Of a stretch of DNA of 64,000 bases, positions 13,601 through 21,511 are shown piece after piece. The notes under the pieces are model-generated. The model was given only the letters and a program-made list of their open reading frames with translations, was not told where the DNA came from and did not search any database. This stretch comes from a virus. How positions within the stretch are numbered: the stretch's first letter is position 1; each line of letters begins with the position of its first letter. The stretch lies in the IMG/VR virus record IMGVR_UViG_3300034072_001149, positions 64,001 through 128,000 of that record. One strand, 5' to 3'. A program made the position numbers and the translations under genes.

Positions 13601-15009
13601 TCAAAGTTAAATTTGATCGTATCTCTTGTGGAACTATAAGAGGTTGGGATACCTCTCCTTGGGATCCTGCTCTACTGGTTTATAGTCAGCTTGGTAGTGA
13701 AACGCAGAGCTTGAGTCAGCTCAGCGCTCTGTATAGAACTGGATCTACATCTGGATACAATTTCTATCGAGACCAAACGGTAGAAACAATAGAAGAACGA
13801 AACCTATTGGTGCGCCGAAATATCGTGACGTCTAACCGTCCAGGTACCATTGTTACCGTTCTACAGACCAGGGAAAACTTTATGTGGTCTGGTAGCGAAT
13901 GGATCAAGTTTGAATCTCTTGGATGGGATCAAGATCCAGATATGGGAACGGCTTCTAGAATTGAAGCGTCTTATAGACCTGAACCTGGAATGAAGAGGCG
14001 CGATGATCCTGGTTTGATCGCTGGCTGTGAATTTGACGGAACAGTGATTACCGATAGCTTCCAGGCAGACGAGTGGGATATCTTTGAATGGGACTCGACT
14101 GGTTATAGTCAGGGTCTACGTGAAAGATCTGGTGTAGACCAGGAAAGTCTAGATGGTAATACAACACCAGCAGACGAAGCAGATCCTGCATACATTGGCA
14201 CAACTGGTAATGAATTTAGTCAACCGGCGGTGAATGGTAATCGTCCTCATGAATTGGTTCAAATCAGAGGTGTTGAGAGTATTGTGGTCAATGTTTCTAG
14301 AAACAATGGACCCTATCAGAAGTCGTTTATGAACCATAAGGGAGATTGGCAGGATATGTTGGTATCTGGTCCGGTGTTGACCTTTGTTTCTTGGGACCAA
14401 CCAAGCCATAAACTTACTGTTAGTGTGCCATCTTGGACCGAAGACGCACAGGGCTTTACTCCTCTTCATGACCCTCAGAACCCGTCTACGGGCTTTGTAA
14501 GGGATGTTATGGCTAGCAAGGCATATCGTTCGACTAGCAACGTTGATATGACGACTGCTGGAACAAAAACCTTCAAGCTGAGAAACTTGAATGAAGTGGA
14601 TGGTATTCCAGCTGGTCTACGCGGTGACAACATCAAGGTTGCGGTTGTCAATTCCAAGAACCCATCAGTTAGAGCCATTGGAACTCTTTCAAACTCCAAG
14701 GGAGATGAAAAGAACTGGGATGGTAACCTAGTAGTGACCTTTGACACTGATGGATTTGTTGATCTAGGGACAGGCAAGAGCTGGAACATAATCCCTGTTG
14801 ATATATTCAACACCCCTGGGATTATTTGGGTTGGCGATGCTAGATTCACCTATAACAGTCTAACAGTCAATGGTACCACTGTTGAACTAAACGAGGTCTT
14901 CCTATCAGGAAATACATTGGCTCCGCTGGATATCAGCGAAACTGGTGTAACACTGGCTAAGACAAGTCCTGTTTTTGATGGTTCAAAACAGCGTCAAATG
15001 GCTGGATAA
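4609..15009 (+). CDS. Giant virion baseplate/hub protein (3466 aa)
   Basis: Uninterrupted ORF with TAATG overlap to the gp6-like gene; EEVKPYHVKIRE motif near the C-terminus; structural context. Confidence 0.7.
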   Translation: MAKNTRNNPFAFTPIVLDQDSHEKRRVIRQLPAVHQTETLQKFFGSSVDHLFDPGKGKPINGYVGQKPLWYEPNQDYYLEESTDDRNFYQLEPSMVSKNSEGELTDLLPYPDLINQLRFQGALVNNHNRLFSQDFYTWCPPIDLDKIVNFRQYVWLPSDASEINDNAIILKGPTVTYNSTGSDTVYSLPGFETGGNVDLQNYYDTSVLTSDLIIAEVDGEPKSFTYTTGQTTITFDQRPPADATVSISVYSDLENNAIGLSRANPDAFGGVSLSSGMRVIILKDKNSDFNPADVFIVEGVGQSIFLLNEKDYVGGSQSDYMVMARGATNRNEWSTGNRWFHVSTLPTNLDPDFVLRQRAKRPIIEFNRDLELHNYGLRRRLDVDLVIEDIEDLNGFLNQSPQSATFSGIQVSCVANNQINVSATNPVTNLPYGNVDSIRVLVRNTVNPLLNNNILVLVNQGNVLKLILETDGENPSGEPVVGEVVKILLGFYAGKNLNWDGANWVLSQNKGDVNQYPLFELYDLNGNNLADPVLYPNSNFAGSRLFSYKEDRSGLRPSDPILDMPLVYDNKGQILFENYLSTEKYQYVVAGRFLDIEGFYFHKVGNIDPSQETLSNDWHKAPQKTRQFMVDRYVSDGRTKLFQISQDALEISVSRGRVNSDNSFEQTVLVEDSDFIRVDRQIFILNIQLGDIIEIRTFNPANPPADAKGFYEVPLNLQANPDNSEVSDMTKGDFFDHFSEIMKRQEGFEGAEYSTNNYRDTAKLPNLGTNIIQHSAGLLKTMLLASQSQLDITSAIRFVESEYARFKDKFQQKILSYSINNRIGNAATYDTWINTALTELNKGKTKSFPFYLSGMAKNGTNQLPTFIPPTPSYLGVYPLYTPEIISQEVDGADDVWFVRGHDGSLTQGQNETVARVMLALEQRIFDSVPAPIRERERPVCDFQTSYGDQYRSNDYSYEEYLQILRPSFERWAVSFRLDPRENDLSQDTLEAKINLKANPWTWNWSSARTQTGEKVPGNWRGIYEKFFGTQRPDLTPWESLGFSIKPEWWDDRYGPAPYTSENLVLWEDLERGYIHDGDRKGINQEWARPGLRDYMPVDARGRLRHPGPRDLIALNDVTIDTDLAYASDPLMWEDTRDDGVLGCGICTTVPLVQERKADWEWGDIGPVEQTWRRTSNFAFAVATASYLMKPASFVEMGWNTQDMSLFFKGTMSEQYLNQDTKGRPAHRELQVHGEVLEDFSLVTKVGIQQWISDFLTSRNTAINSNLAERVRGLGAQLSYKIAGFTDSTTLGVVSDAFGRVPSEDVTVALFRSPSVREETYSGVAIEYTGRGYEVFGYDVLNPYFPTLPPAVNGGKISVGDGLGSVSIPTWRPTTYFSVGITVRFQDNFYRAVRTHTSATFFEDEFWTQVSRPQFADGTALIWYTEGEIEPVVEKIAYGTVFKDPQEVADFLNGYERYLESKGWIFENVGEDESEVRDWKSALKSFITWSNAEARVAGDFISLSPASRLIQFATDQGTIQPIEQIVNGLYAIVDQNGQPIDNQVTRVVRNDGNVSITCDNSTSGIFGLRLYISEMEHVLVFNNTTIFGDTIYSPLLNIKQPRLRLQGFKTVAWKGRIDAPGFIITGDTLTPNFERSADDFRRFFDIESMENKKLQDRARANFGYEEKEYLNNLLLTPTNQFEFYQGMIQQKGSPTSMRRLLRSNFIRHNKGLQLFEEWAFRVGDYGGQEVSPQLDILIRQSEFKHNPQMIQFSNVQSPNSFGIIDVVDENVGQDNRTLDERWQWRPDMQNINWPLADFGQGDAPLPTAGYVNLSEVRFTVATNSAFENFFGEQEATADPIQDGDRVWVYGIGSGDPSSAWMTYRFTDTNYDMVNSFVPSHADQGLVIQVQNDLQGIVDINTDPTQTPVFVAQNLVSNEVDDNGLTISGERLILRDIVGSDINPLATYIPKVFNRASVTLDSTTGSETFVMGLYPEAKQIIRKIRVIIDEAFDEGSTLQIGHRGNPGLFVDIREEADRGIFPTNFDQEQVLVQTPDLSYMPPNVTTADVNLVRVGRVGNFCAQTIVEWEWVRASDGQIFTGQVTYMRPSDYDSSRDQTEAYLQTIRVPVLDEDVVGGSEGTLTIKTNGVQTDSQTLRFERSTSARLNFVDLTRVGTYEFDRVNFSVFPWDSALAGDNRDMIATLFNSGLNGSVRIEVDYHYMKGFELTETINGNVVPVIASSDGGTANIFTWVKTRYPLLNGIPENLFEVGDLIEVDSAHDNPGYWAVYARTTNGWEQTRRQNRKVDSSLITNAAIFNNKENQLKLVLQLYDPYKGFIPGVADRELTYKTFNDPATYNDGRLIWGKEQVGQLWWDLSAVRYLDYEIYDKWNGTDHEGVTYRWKNWGRVAPNSSVDIYQWVRSPVAPNGWADYVESKANLKIDNKPSGTVSEDTRFITDMEWNDEIQADETVYYFWVKNPTVVPTLASRKLSAQQVSNILTNPTSNDIPFFAVIDTNKCIVGGIKQFLNETDTVLKIKWLKEADVHNNHHKQWMLLREQDERNTINDTLWNKMRDSIVGWDATQKSVPDEKLPRNQQIGALVRPRQSWYPADLTDLGQRPSRAARAAFVDAFNDIMSKQPFIDQWFGWEEVFDNGEELPSADRYVTTALDLIDLRNLLPATRNMVQVGECVLIENTMEVAGFWTLWRLAEINGQRTFVIEDFQKWRMQEGELWNLANWYAEGWSASNFPNYRFATYADRDAAGNLDVTLLKGTLVQVDVQSPTDDRWSWDVYTSTSKYQVAKARSTMRLTDAFYEKSRVEFGPVQVNSLLTASDDNRITPDRIQELADLVNFRDGSREIEFILNTMRTKLFDSLQKNSLFFAMVKSAFKQSINIDWAFKTSFLYLGGYSENLRQSPVAFKDQIDNVIAYLEEVKPYHVKIREYVRRLSYGPDLADLAMTDFDKPVYPSGVSNRVLDVNNTVDRSIMEVNRPWRDWFENYLNENRDLSNWDANWNGVRRMKVKVKFDRISCGTIRGWDTSPWDPALLVYSQLGSETQSLSQLSALYRTGSTSGYNFYRDQTVETIEERNLLVRRNIVTSNRPGTIVTVLQTRENFMWSGSEWIKFESLGWDQDPDMGTASRIEASYRPEPGMKRRDDPGLIAGCEFDGTVITDSFQADEWDIFEWDSTGYSQGLRERSGVDQESLDGNTTPADEADPAYIGTTGNEFSQPAVNGNRPHELVQIRGVESIVVNVSRNNGPYQKSFMNHKGDWQDMLVSGPVLTFVSWDQPSHKLTVSVPSWTEDAQGFTPLHDPQNPSTGFVRDVMASKAYRSTSNVDMTTAGTKTFKLRNLNEVDGIPAGLRGDNIKVAVVNSKNPSVRAIGTLSNSKGDEKNWDGNLVVTFDTDGFVDLGTGKSWNIIPVDIFNTPGIIWVGDARFTYNSLTVNGTTVELNEVFLSGNTLAPLDISETGVTLAKTSPVFDGSKQRQMAG

Positions 15010-15012
15010 ATA
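15006..15012 (+). promoter_or_regulatory. Putative late promoter
   Basis: ATAAATA upstream of the 15038 gene. Confidence 0.5.
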
Positions 15013-15037
15013 CATATATAATAGGAGTGAATAAGCC

Positions 15038-15601
15038 ATGAGTGAAGATTTCCAGGATAGTGCGGTTCCCAAGATTACAGGTCACGTCCTTATTCGTGAT
15101 CCTGAGAATGGGCAGGTTCTTTTGGATAAGCGAAACGCTATTCACTACGAGAATATGAGTCTTGCGATTGGTTATGCTCTGGCTAACCGAGGCGAAGGCA
15201 TCATCTATTCTATGGCATTTGGCAATGGTGGCTCGGCTGTTAGTGGAACTGGTGCTATTACCTATTTCCCAACTAACACAGTGGATCCCAAAGCAGACCT
15301 CTATGATCCAACATACAATAAGCTAATAGACGGAAGCTCTGCTAATTTCCTGGATGTCAAACATATCCTGAGCACGCCTTATACAGATATCGTTGTCACA
15401 TGTACGCTTGATTATAATGAACCAAGTGGTCAGGAAGCTTTCGATGATGCTACCAACCAAGACGGCACCTTTGTCTTTGATGAGCTAGGACTCAAGACCA
15501 GTGAAGGGTTACTTCTTACTCATGTGATTTTTAACCCAATTCAAAAGGCACTGAATCGTCTTATTGAAGTGGTTTATACCCTACGAATCCAGATGTCCTA
15601 A
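15038..15601 (+). CDS. Virion structural protein (baseplate/tail associated)
   Basis: GHVLIRDPENG..KRNAIH and FVFDELGL..LLTHVIFNPIQK; AGGAG SD; structural context. Confidence 0.7.
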   Translation: MSEDFQDSAVPKITGHVLIRDPENGQVLLDKRNAIHYENMSLAIGYALANRGEGIIYSMAFGNGGSAVSGTGAITYFPTNTVDPKADLYDPTYNKLIDGSSANFLDVKHILSTPYTDIVVTCTLDYNEPSGQEAFDDATNQDGTFVFDELGLKTSEGLLLTHVIFNPIQKALNRLIEVVYTLRIQMS

Positions 15602-15650
15602 TATTGGTAGTTTATAGGGCACTAAATATTCGAGATTCCAAGGAGAAGTC

Positions 15651-16778
15651 ATGAGCTATAGAGTAACCAAAGCAGATGGTAGAAGTGTCATAGTCCAAGA
15701 TTTGGCCAAAGAAATCGTCGGCGGCCTCACTCTGCTGGGTTATGGCTTCACCAACTATGGTGATGAAATCGCTCAGAACTTCGTGAAGAACCTAGAAAAC
15801 AATGCTGGTCTGGCAGAGCCACAGAATCCAGTTATTGGTCAATTTTGGTTTCAGCTACCTCTTGATTTAGCAACACAGAATAAAAACCTCAGGGTTTGTG
15901 TTTCAACTGATGCTACCACACTTGATGGTCGTTGGCGTATTTTATTCGGAATCCGTCCTGATGGAACTATTGATCTAGACGCATGGACGCTAAGAGGTAA
16001 AGCACCAGCGTCTATAGACGGTAGCTCAAACCAGTCTGGCATGCCAGTAGTTCTGAACAACAATGGCAAAATCCCTACTCAGTATATTGATTTCCCATCA
16101 GTTGGGTCAGTTGATGTTGCGACTAGACTAAGAGACACTAGGGTTTTTGGATCAAGGAATGGTGGTTTACCATTCAATGGAACCCAAGATGTTCCTCTTA
16201 CAACGTCCCATATTTCTGAAGGTGATCAACCTTACTTTACCCCACAACGCGCCCGTGAATCGTTTGTAGGTGGTAGGTATATTGCCATTGATAGCGATGG
16301 CACAATTCGTTTTACCGGTCCTGACCCCACCAGTGGAAGCACTGGAGGAACTGGTCCTCAAGGCCCTGCAGGTCCACAAGGGCCAACAGGACCGGCTGGG
16401 CCGGCTGGGCCAGCTGGACCACAAGGGCCAACAGGACCGGCGGGACAATGGGACGGAACCGTTGGCTTCGACAAGAGTTTTGAAGAAAATGGATATCAAA
16501 GATTACCAAGCGGGCTTTGGATCCAGTGGGGTATTTTTACTTGGTTCAGCAACATCAGAGGCGGTCCGGTCTATTACAATTATCCCATTGCGTTCCCCAA
16601 CGGAGCATGGCATGTTTATCTTTCTATCCGAGATAATCCAAACGGCTCAGGTGACCGCAATGAAGAGGATGATGAGCAGATCTGGGCTATTCCTCATTCC
16701 GCTACACAATTCGTAGTTTACGACACCGGTGATGACCATCAGACTTATCCGTGTTCGTGGCTTGCTATAGGATACTAA
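15651..16778 (+). CDS. Tail fibre protein with collagen repeat
   Basis: [17 protein letters not shown] N-terminus, (GPx)n repeat and [14 protein letters not shown] fibre C-domain. Confidence 0.85.
   Translation: MSYRVTKADGRSVIVQDLAKEIVGGLTLLGYGFTNYGDEIAQNFVKNLENNAGLAEPQNPVIGQFWFQLPLDLATQNKNLRVCVSTDATTLDGRWRILFGIRPDGTIDLDAWTLRGKAPASIDGSSNQSGMPVVLNNNGKIPTQYIDFPSVGSVDVATRLRDTRVFGSRNGGLPFNGTQDVPLTTSHISEGDQPYFTPQRARESFVGGRYIAIDSDGTIRFTGPDPTSGSTGGTGPQGPAGPQGPTGPAGPAGPAGPQGPTGPAGQWDGTVGFDKSFEENGYQRLPSGLWIQWGIFTWFSNIRGGPVYYNYPIAFPNGAWHVYLSIRDNPNGSGDRNEEDDEQIWAIPHSATQFVVYDTGDDHQTYPCSWLAIGY
16342..16445 (+). repeat. Collagen-like Gly-X-Y repeat
   Basis: [34 protein letters not shown]; ccacaagggccaacaggaccggc occurs twice. 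Confidence 0.9.
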
Positions 16779-16779
16779 T

Positions 16780-17172
16780 ATGACTTACTTCTACAGTCCA
16801 GAAACCAAAGGTTTCTATAATTCCAATATCCATAGTTCTATGCCTTCTGATGTTTTTGAAATTTCAGATGAACAATATAGAACTTTGCTTGAAGGTCAAA
16901 GTCTGGGTAAGACGATCGTCTACAAGTCCAGAAAGCTTCAGTTGGTTGATTTCGTTGCTCCTCCTCTGACGTGGGATCAGATTCGACAGACTAGAGACTC
17001 AAAACTTGCTGCCTGTGATTGGACCCAGATGCCAGACAATCAGCTTTCAGAAGAAAGCAAAGAGGATTGGAGACTTTATAGACAGTCTCTTCGCGATGTT
17101 ACTCAGAATTTTTCTGAACCCGATGACGTTGTTTGGCCAATGGCTCCCAATGCTACGCCTATTGAGGAGTAA
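16780..17172 (+). CDS. Tail fibre assembly chaperone
   Basis: YFYSPETKGFY N-terminus and IRQTRDSKLAACDWTQMPD...WRLYRQSLRD...WP. Confidence 0.85.
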   Translation: MTYFYSPETKGFYNSNIHSSMPSDVFEISDEQYRTLLEGQSLGKTIVYKSRKLQLVDFVAPPLTWDQIRQTRDSKLAACDWTQMPDNQLSEESKEDWRLYRQSLRDVTQNFSEPDDVVWPMAPNATPIEE

Positions 17173-17174
17173 GC

Positions 17175-18500
17175 ATGAGCTATACTGTAAACAAAAGCAA
17201 TGGCGATATTGCCTCAGTTGTAAATGATTTCAGAAAAGAGATCATAGGCGGTCTCAATATCTTGGGATATGGCTATGTGAACTTTGGTGAAGATATTGCT
17301 GAAAACTTTGTCAAGATATCTGAAAATTTCCGCAGTGATTCGCCACCATACGGGTATGTTGCTGGTCAAATCTGGCTGGATACTAATATTGGTCGAAGCC
17401 CTTTTCCAGTTCTACGAATGGCGTCTAGAGATGCCGCAAATCTGGATCCGATCAATTTTACACAATCATTCGTCCCAGATGACTGGATTGGATTGTTCGC
17501 TGTAGATGTTCAAAACGGAAGAGCCGGTTTGTTCCATGAAGGTTCGCCCACTTTCCCTGATCTAGACCCAACTCCAGGAAGTCTAGTAGTAAGAGGCACC
17601 GATGGAAAAATTCCATTATCAAGTCTACCCGATGGTCTTGGTAGTGATGCTGAAAATGCGATATCGGCACAGACGGCCGGGCGTCTGAATCCAGGAGCCA
17701 ATATCAATGGGAACCTGTTCACTGGTCAAAATGACATAACCATTACTACGGCTCAGATTCCAGAATCAAATAACCTCTATTACACGGATAGCAGAGTTAG
17801 AATGGCCCTGAGTGGCGGCCGATATATTTCGGTTAATACCGCAACTGGTGAAATCGCATTTACTGGTCCTGAACCATCAAGCGGCGGCACTGGAGGTGAT
17901 GGCGCCGCCGGTCCACCAGGACCTCAAGGCCCAGTGGGTCCACAAGGCCCTGCTGGTCCCAAAGGTGATACTGGTAACACTGGTCCTGCTGGCCCAGCTG
18001 GCCCTGCAGGAACAGCCGCTGATGTTATCGTTGGCTCTGTCTATCAACAAGGCGCAGGTTACGTCATTTACAACGGCGGATTCACTGTCCAATGGGGAAG
18101 TAATAGAGAATCTTTTACAGGCGAAAGAATTTCATCAGTAACGTTCCCAATTGCTTTTTCTACAGCATTCCAGGTAGTAGCCACACCATATTTGGCTTTC
18201 TTTAACCGAAATGCAGACTTATGGCTTCAGATTTTAGGCGATCCATCTCCTACTGGTTTTTCAATCCAAACTCAGCAAGATGGTAACAGTGATAACTTCA
18301 TGGCCGGGTACAACTGGATAGCTTATGGTATGATCACACAGACTGCCCCAGCATCAGGCTCCGGTTCGGGGTCGGGTGGTAGCACTCCACCAACGGATAC
18401 TACCCCACCGACTGATACTACGCCTCCACCTGACACTAATCCGCCTCCCGGAGGAGGCGGTGGTGGCAACTTTGGCGATCCACCTACCCAATTTGTATAA
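17175..18500 (+). CDS. Second tail fibre protein with collagen repeat and Pro/Thr/Gly-rich tail
   Basis: Paralogue of the 15651 gene (GYGYVNFGEDIAENFVK, GGRYI, FTGP, collagen, GFTVQWG). Confidence 0.85.
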   Translation: MSYTVNKSNGDIASVVNDFRKEIIGGLNILGYGYVNFGEDIAENFVKISENFRSDSPPYGYVAGQIWLDTNIGRSPFPVLRMASRDAANLDPINFTQSFVPDDWIGLFAVDVQNGRAGLFHEGSPTFPDLDPTPGSLVVRGTDGKIPLSSLPDGLGSDAENAISAQTAGRLNPGANINGNLFTGQNDITITTAQIPESNNLYYTDSRVRMALSGGRYISVNTATGEIAFTGPEPSSGGTGGDGAAGPPGPQGPVGPQGPAGPKGDTGNTGPAGPAGPAGTAADVIVGSVYQQGAGYVIYNGGFTVQWGSNRESFTGERISSVTFPIAFSTAFQVVATPYLAFFNRNADLWLQILGDPSPTGFSIQTQQDGNSDNFMAGYNWIAYGMITQTAPASGSGSGSGGSTPPTDTTPPTDTTPPPDTNPPPGGGGGGNFGDPPTQFV

Positions 18501-18504
18501 AAGA

Positions 18505-18530
18505 AAAAGCCCCAGGAGACTGGGGCTTTT
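18505..18530. terminator. Bidirectional terminator between convergent genes
   Basis: AAAAGCCCCAG-GAGA-CTGGGGCTTTT. Confidence 0.85.
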
Positions 18531-18552
18531 CCTTCTGTAGATTTCTACAGGC

Positions 18553-19488
18553 TTAAAGCTTGAACGTATTCTTGAATTCAATCAATTCACGCTTGCTCAT
18601 ACGGAAATGGTCTAGGAACTCAGCTTCCGTGTCAAACTGTGACGTGATGTGATCGTATGCTTCCTTGAAGCTAAGATCGAATTCGTTACTGCGATGGATT
18701 AGGGCCTGCATTAGTTCTACTTCCATACCACTCAGAGACTTGGAATCTCTAATATAGTCTTCATAGGCCTCACAAGCCGCAGGGAAAAGAGGCTTGATCA
18801 GAGCGTAGATCGCACGAGCAAATTCCTGAATTTCCCACTGCGCATGACTGTCCTCACGAAGCTTTAGCATGTGGAACAGATTGTGGAGATTCTGCTTCCA
18901 GTAGAGTTCGGTGTAACCAGCTACTGGCATGACAATACGAGCTAGTTCTCGAGCAACACCCTCCTCGGGAAAATCAGCTGAGAAACCCATAGAGTTGCCA
19001 TCTGCCTCATTGAGCAAAGCCTTGTAGACTTCATGAGAGTGAGATGTAGCATTCTGAATGATAAGCTGAGCGTTTTTCGCATCAGATTCGCTAAGAGTGC
19101 CGTCGCGCCCCTGTTTATTCATCTTGCTCTGTGGGAGGATATTGGCAACGTTTGGAACGTACATCTCATCAGTTAGAACTGAATAACGGCCCGAATATTC
19201 ATTCAAACTTGACGTGCGATGACGAACAAGCTGGCGCATAACAAAAATAGGAAGCTTTAGATGTAGCTTGACTTCACACATCTCAAGGGGACTGGTGTGC
19301 TTGTGTCGCACCAAATAGCGGATGAGTCCTCGGTCTTCACGAACACTCTTGGTGCCGTTACCATATGAAACTCGTGCCGCACTGACAATAGCCGCGTCAT
19401 CCCCCATATGGTCAACCAGACCTACAAAGCCATGGTCTAAAACTGGAAGATAACGATCATTGCCCTGAACGTCGGATTGAAGGGTCAT
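18553..19488 (-). CDS. thyX: Flavin-dependent thymidylate synthase
   Basis: AARVSY, HTSPLE, RQLVRHRTSSLNEYSGRY, ARELAR and HAQWEI motifs. Confidence 0.96.
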   Translation of the reverse strand: MTLQSDVQGNDRYLPVLDHGFVGLVDHMGDDAAIVSAARVSYGNGTKSVREDRGLIRYLVRHKHTSPLEMCEVKLHLKLPIFVMRQLVRHRTSSLNEYSGRYSVLTDEMYVPNVANILPQSKMNKQGRDGTLSESDAKNAQLIIQNATSHSHEVYKALLNEADGNSMGFSADFPEEGVARELARIVMPVAGYTELYWKQNLHNLFHMLKLREDSHAQWEIQEFARAIYALIKPLFPAACEAYEDYIRDSKSLSGMEVELMQALIHRSNEFDLSFKEAYDHITSQFDTEAEFLDHFRMSKRELIEFKNTFKL

Positions 19489-19505
19489 TATACACTCCTG
19501 GTAAA

Positions 19506-19542
19506 ATCTGGGTTGAGCCTTTGCTCACTCTCAACCCAGATT
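19506..19542 (-). terminator. Hairpin / probable terminator upstream of thyX
   Basis: AATCTGGGTTGAG...CTCAACCCAGATT followed by T's on the minus strand. Confidence 0.5.
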
Positions 19543-19548
19543 ATACTA

Positions 19549-19833
19549 TCAGAGTGCTATATCTTTCAATATGATTTCAGAGAAATGTCTAATGGTTTCT
19601 TTAACCTCAGAAAGGTTTAGAATCAAACCAATTTCTGCAATTCCTTGATCTTCAAAGCTATCATCGTCGAGCATAATCTCTTCGAGTTCTTCGCGAGAGA
19701 TGATGTGGACTTCATCATCAAAATCAGTAACACATGCCGCCGATACAAATTCAGCAGGAACATGGTATGGTTCAATTTCGCTTAGGATCTTATCTAGAAG
19801 ATCCTCAAACTCCTGTGTCGCCATTGTCGTCAC
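19549..19833 (-). CDS. Acidic hypothetical protein
   Basis: Tightly packed ORF with AGGAG SD. Confidence 0.65.
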   Translation of the reverse strand: MTTMATQEFEDLLDKILSEIEPYHVPAEFVSAACVTDFDDEVHIISREELEEIMLDDDSFEDQGIAEIGLILNLSEVKETIRHFSEIILKDIAL

Positions 19834-20356
19834 TCCTAACGAGTTTGACCGCTACCTGATAGCGTTCATATACTTTGCGAACTACCTCGTTCTCTCGAAC
19901 AATCCGTTGCTCACTAATGTATTTAATCAAATCTTCGCGAGAGATAGACTCAATAGAACCGTCATCCATGACAACATCTACCTTCTTCTCATACCTGTCA
20001 AGTCTAGGAGCATATTGGAAGGTATCATAGTCCCAGCTTTGCGAGTAAGTCTTGCCAGTTGAGCGCGGCATGTAGACATTCATGAGCTGTTTGAGCTGAG
20101 TAATATCAATCTTGTTGTATGACGGACTCGTCTTGCTAGTATCAACCTGAGTGGCATATTTCTGAGGAGTAATAGACAACTCAGAGCTCGTATTGGTTAT
20201 GAACATCTTCTGAGTGAATATGTCGTCCTGAATCATCCTTTGATAATCATACAACAAATCATCATAGGTATTCTTGGGAGCGTTGTAGACGTCCTTCCAA
20301 ATCTTATGAGTGGTATCAGCAGAGTCAGAGTTTTCAGACAATGGGATCTTTTTCAT
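19805..20356 (-). CDS. Hypothetical protein (tandem paralogue family)
   Basis: C-terminal ENEVVRKVYERYQVAVKL motif; ATGA overlap. Confidence 0.65.
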   Translation of the reverse strand: MKKIPLSENSDSADTTHKIWKDVYNAPKNTYDDLLYDYQRMIQDDIFTQKMFITNTSSELSITPQKYATQVDTSKTSPSYNKIDITQLKQLMNVYMPRSTGKTYSQSWDYDTFQYAPRLDRYEKKVDVVMDDGSIESISREDLIKYISEQRIVRENEVVRKVYERYQVAVKLVRSDDNGDTGV

Positions 20357-20775
20357 GATTCAATCAATTTAAAGGTCATGATAAGTCTGTCCCAACAATC
20401 CTTTAGAACCGCGTGTTCTTCAATACCCTTGAGCAAGATTTCGAAATCTCGTCCCATTCTAACCATCTGGCTTAGGGCTGCTTGGAACTCCTCATGATCA
20501 GCGGGGATTGCCAATCTAGCGTCACTATAGATATTGGAAAAGTTAGCATGTAGGACTCCAATTTCCGTATCATGGTGCTTTAGATAGTGGCTCTGAACTG
20601 TGGCTAGCAAAGTTGACCATTCGGTTCGCAGTTCTCTGACCTTCTTGATTTCCCGATCAAGTCGATCGTTTTTATCTTTTAGTCGGTGAGCAGCATCCCG
20701 CATACCGCTTCGGTAGGCTTCCTGTTTGATCTGCTCTATTTCATTATAAACCGCACTTATTTCATTAGCTTCCAT
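20353..20775 (-). CDS. Hypothetical coiled-coil protein (tandem paralogue family)
   Basis: C-terminal EHAVLKDCWDRLIMTFKL. Confidence 0.65.
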   Translation of the reverse strand: MEANEISAVYNEIEQIKQEAYRSGMRDAAHRLKDKNDRLDREIKKVRELRTEWSTLLATVQSHYLKHHDTEIGVLHANFSNIYSDARLAIPADHEEFQAALSQMVRMGRDFEILLKGIEEHAVLKDCWDRLIMTFKLIES

Positions 20776-21013
20776 CGTAACCTGCCAATCTTAATGCCAT
20801 CATGAATTTGTTCCAGGCCTCTTTGACGACTTGATTTTCCTTTACCGCTTTCATCATTATATCAAAATGCGCAGCTTTGGTTTCAGTCGCAAGAATCCTC
20901 TTTTCCATTGATTCAATTTGAGTTTCATAGTGTCTCTGATTTTCATTCAGCTGGCTAATGAGCTTTCTAGCTCTCTCAATCTCAGCTTCTAAGAACTCAG
21001 GCGTCTTAGCCAT
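20765..21013 (-). CDS. Hypothetical coiled-coil protein (tandem paralogue family)
   Basis: C-terminal ENQVVKEAWNKFMMALRL. Confidence 0.65.
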   Translation of the reverse strand: MAKTPEFLEAEIERARKLISQLNENQRHYETQIESMEKRILATETKAAHFDIMMKAVKENQVVKEAWNKFMMALRLAGYDGS

Positions 21014-21450
21014 CAGACGTTCTCACTACCGCCTAGTCTTCTCATCAACTGTATATCTTTGAACATCTTATCCAGCTGAGCATTTGATTCCAGGTCTACC
21101 ATTAGATAATGCCATTTCAAGGCATAAAGAGCCATCTTTCGATATGCTCTCTCAAACTTCCGAATCTGGAGTAGATGACGCTGCTCCATTTCTCGAACTG
21201 ATTCAAAGTCGAATTCAGTCTGATACCAACATTCCTCGTCTAGGTCTTCAGAGCCATTGTAAGATGAAAAGGCATCCACTAGATCTTCAGTGGCTTCATA
21301 ATCATCATAAACAGTTACACCAAAAATATCGCAAGCCATCTGCGGTCCAAATGGGTCGGACCGCGTGTGATTGGATGAAGGATAACTGCCAGCTCTTACT
21401 GGCTTAGGAATGTTAGGAATGTTACGAAGTCTATGCGGGTGTCTAGCCAT
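21013..21450 (-). CDS. Hypothetical protein (tandem paralogue family)
   Basis: C-terminal SNAQLDKMFKDIQLMRRL; TGATG overlap. Confidence 0.6.
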   Translation of the reverse strand: MARHPHRLRNIPNIPKPVRAGSYPSSNHTRSDPFGPQMACDIFGVTVYDDYEATEDLVDAFSSYNGSEDLDEECWYQTEFDFESVREMEQRHLLQIRKFERAYRKMALYALKWHYLMVDLESNAQLDKMFKDIQLMRRLGGSENV

Positions 21451-21452
21451 AG

Positions 21453-21488
21453 AAAAATCCTGGAAAGAGGTTAACTTTCCAGGATTTT
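21453..21488. terminator. Intrinsic terminator
   Basis: AAAATCCTGGAAAG-AGGTTAA-CTTTCCAGGATTTT. Confidence 0.75.
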
Positions 21489-21511
21489 ACACGATTGCTA
21501 ACCAAAGTTCA

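Noticed and set aside
16342-18470. CRISPR array or diversity-generating retroelement repeats
   Set aside because: The repeats are in-frame collagen and Pro-Thr coding repeats; no spacers, reverse transcriptase or cas genes were seen.
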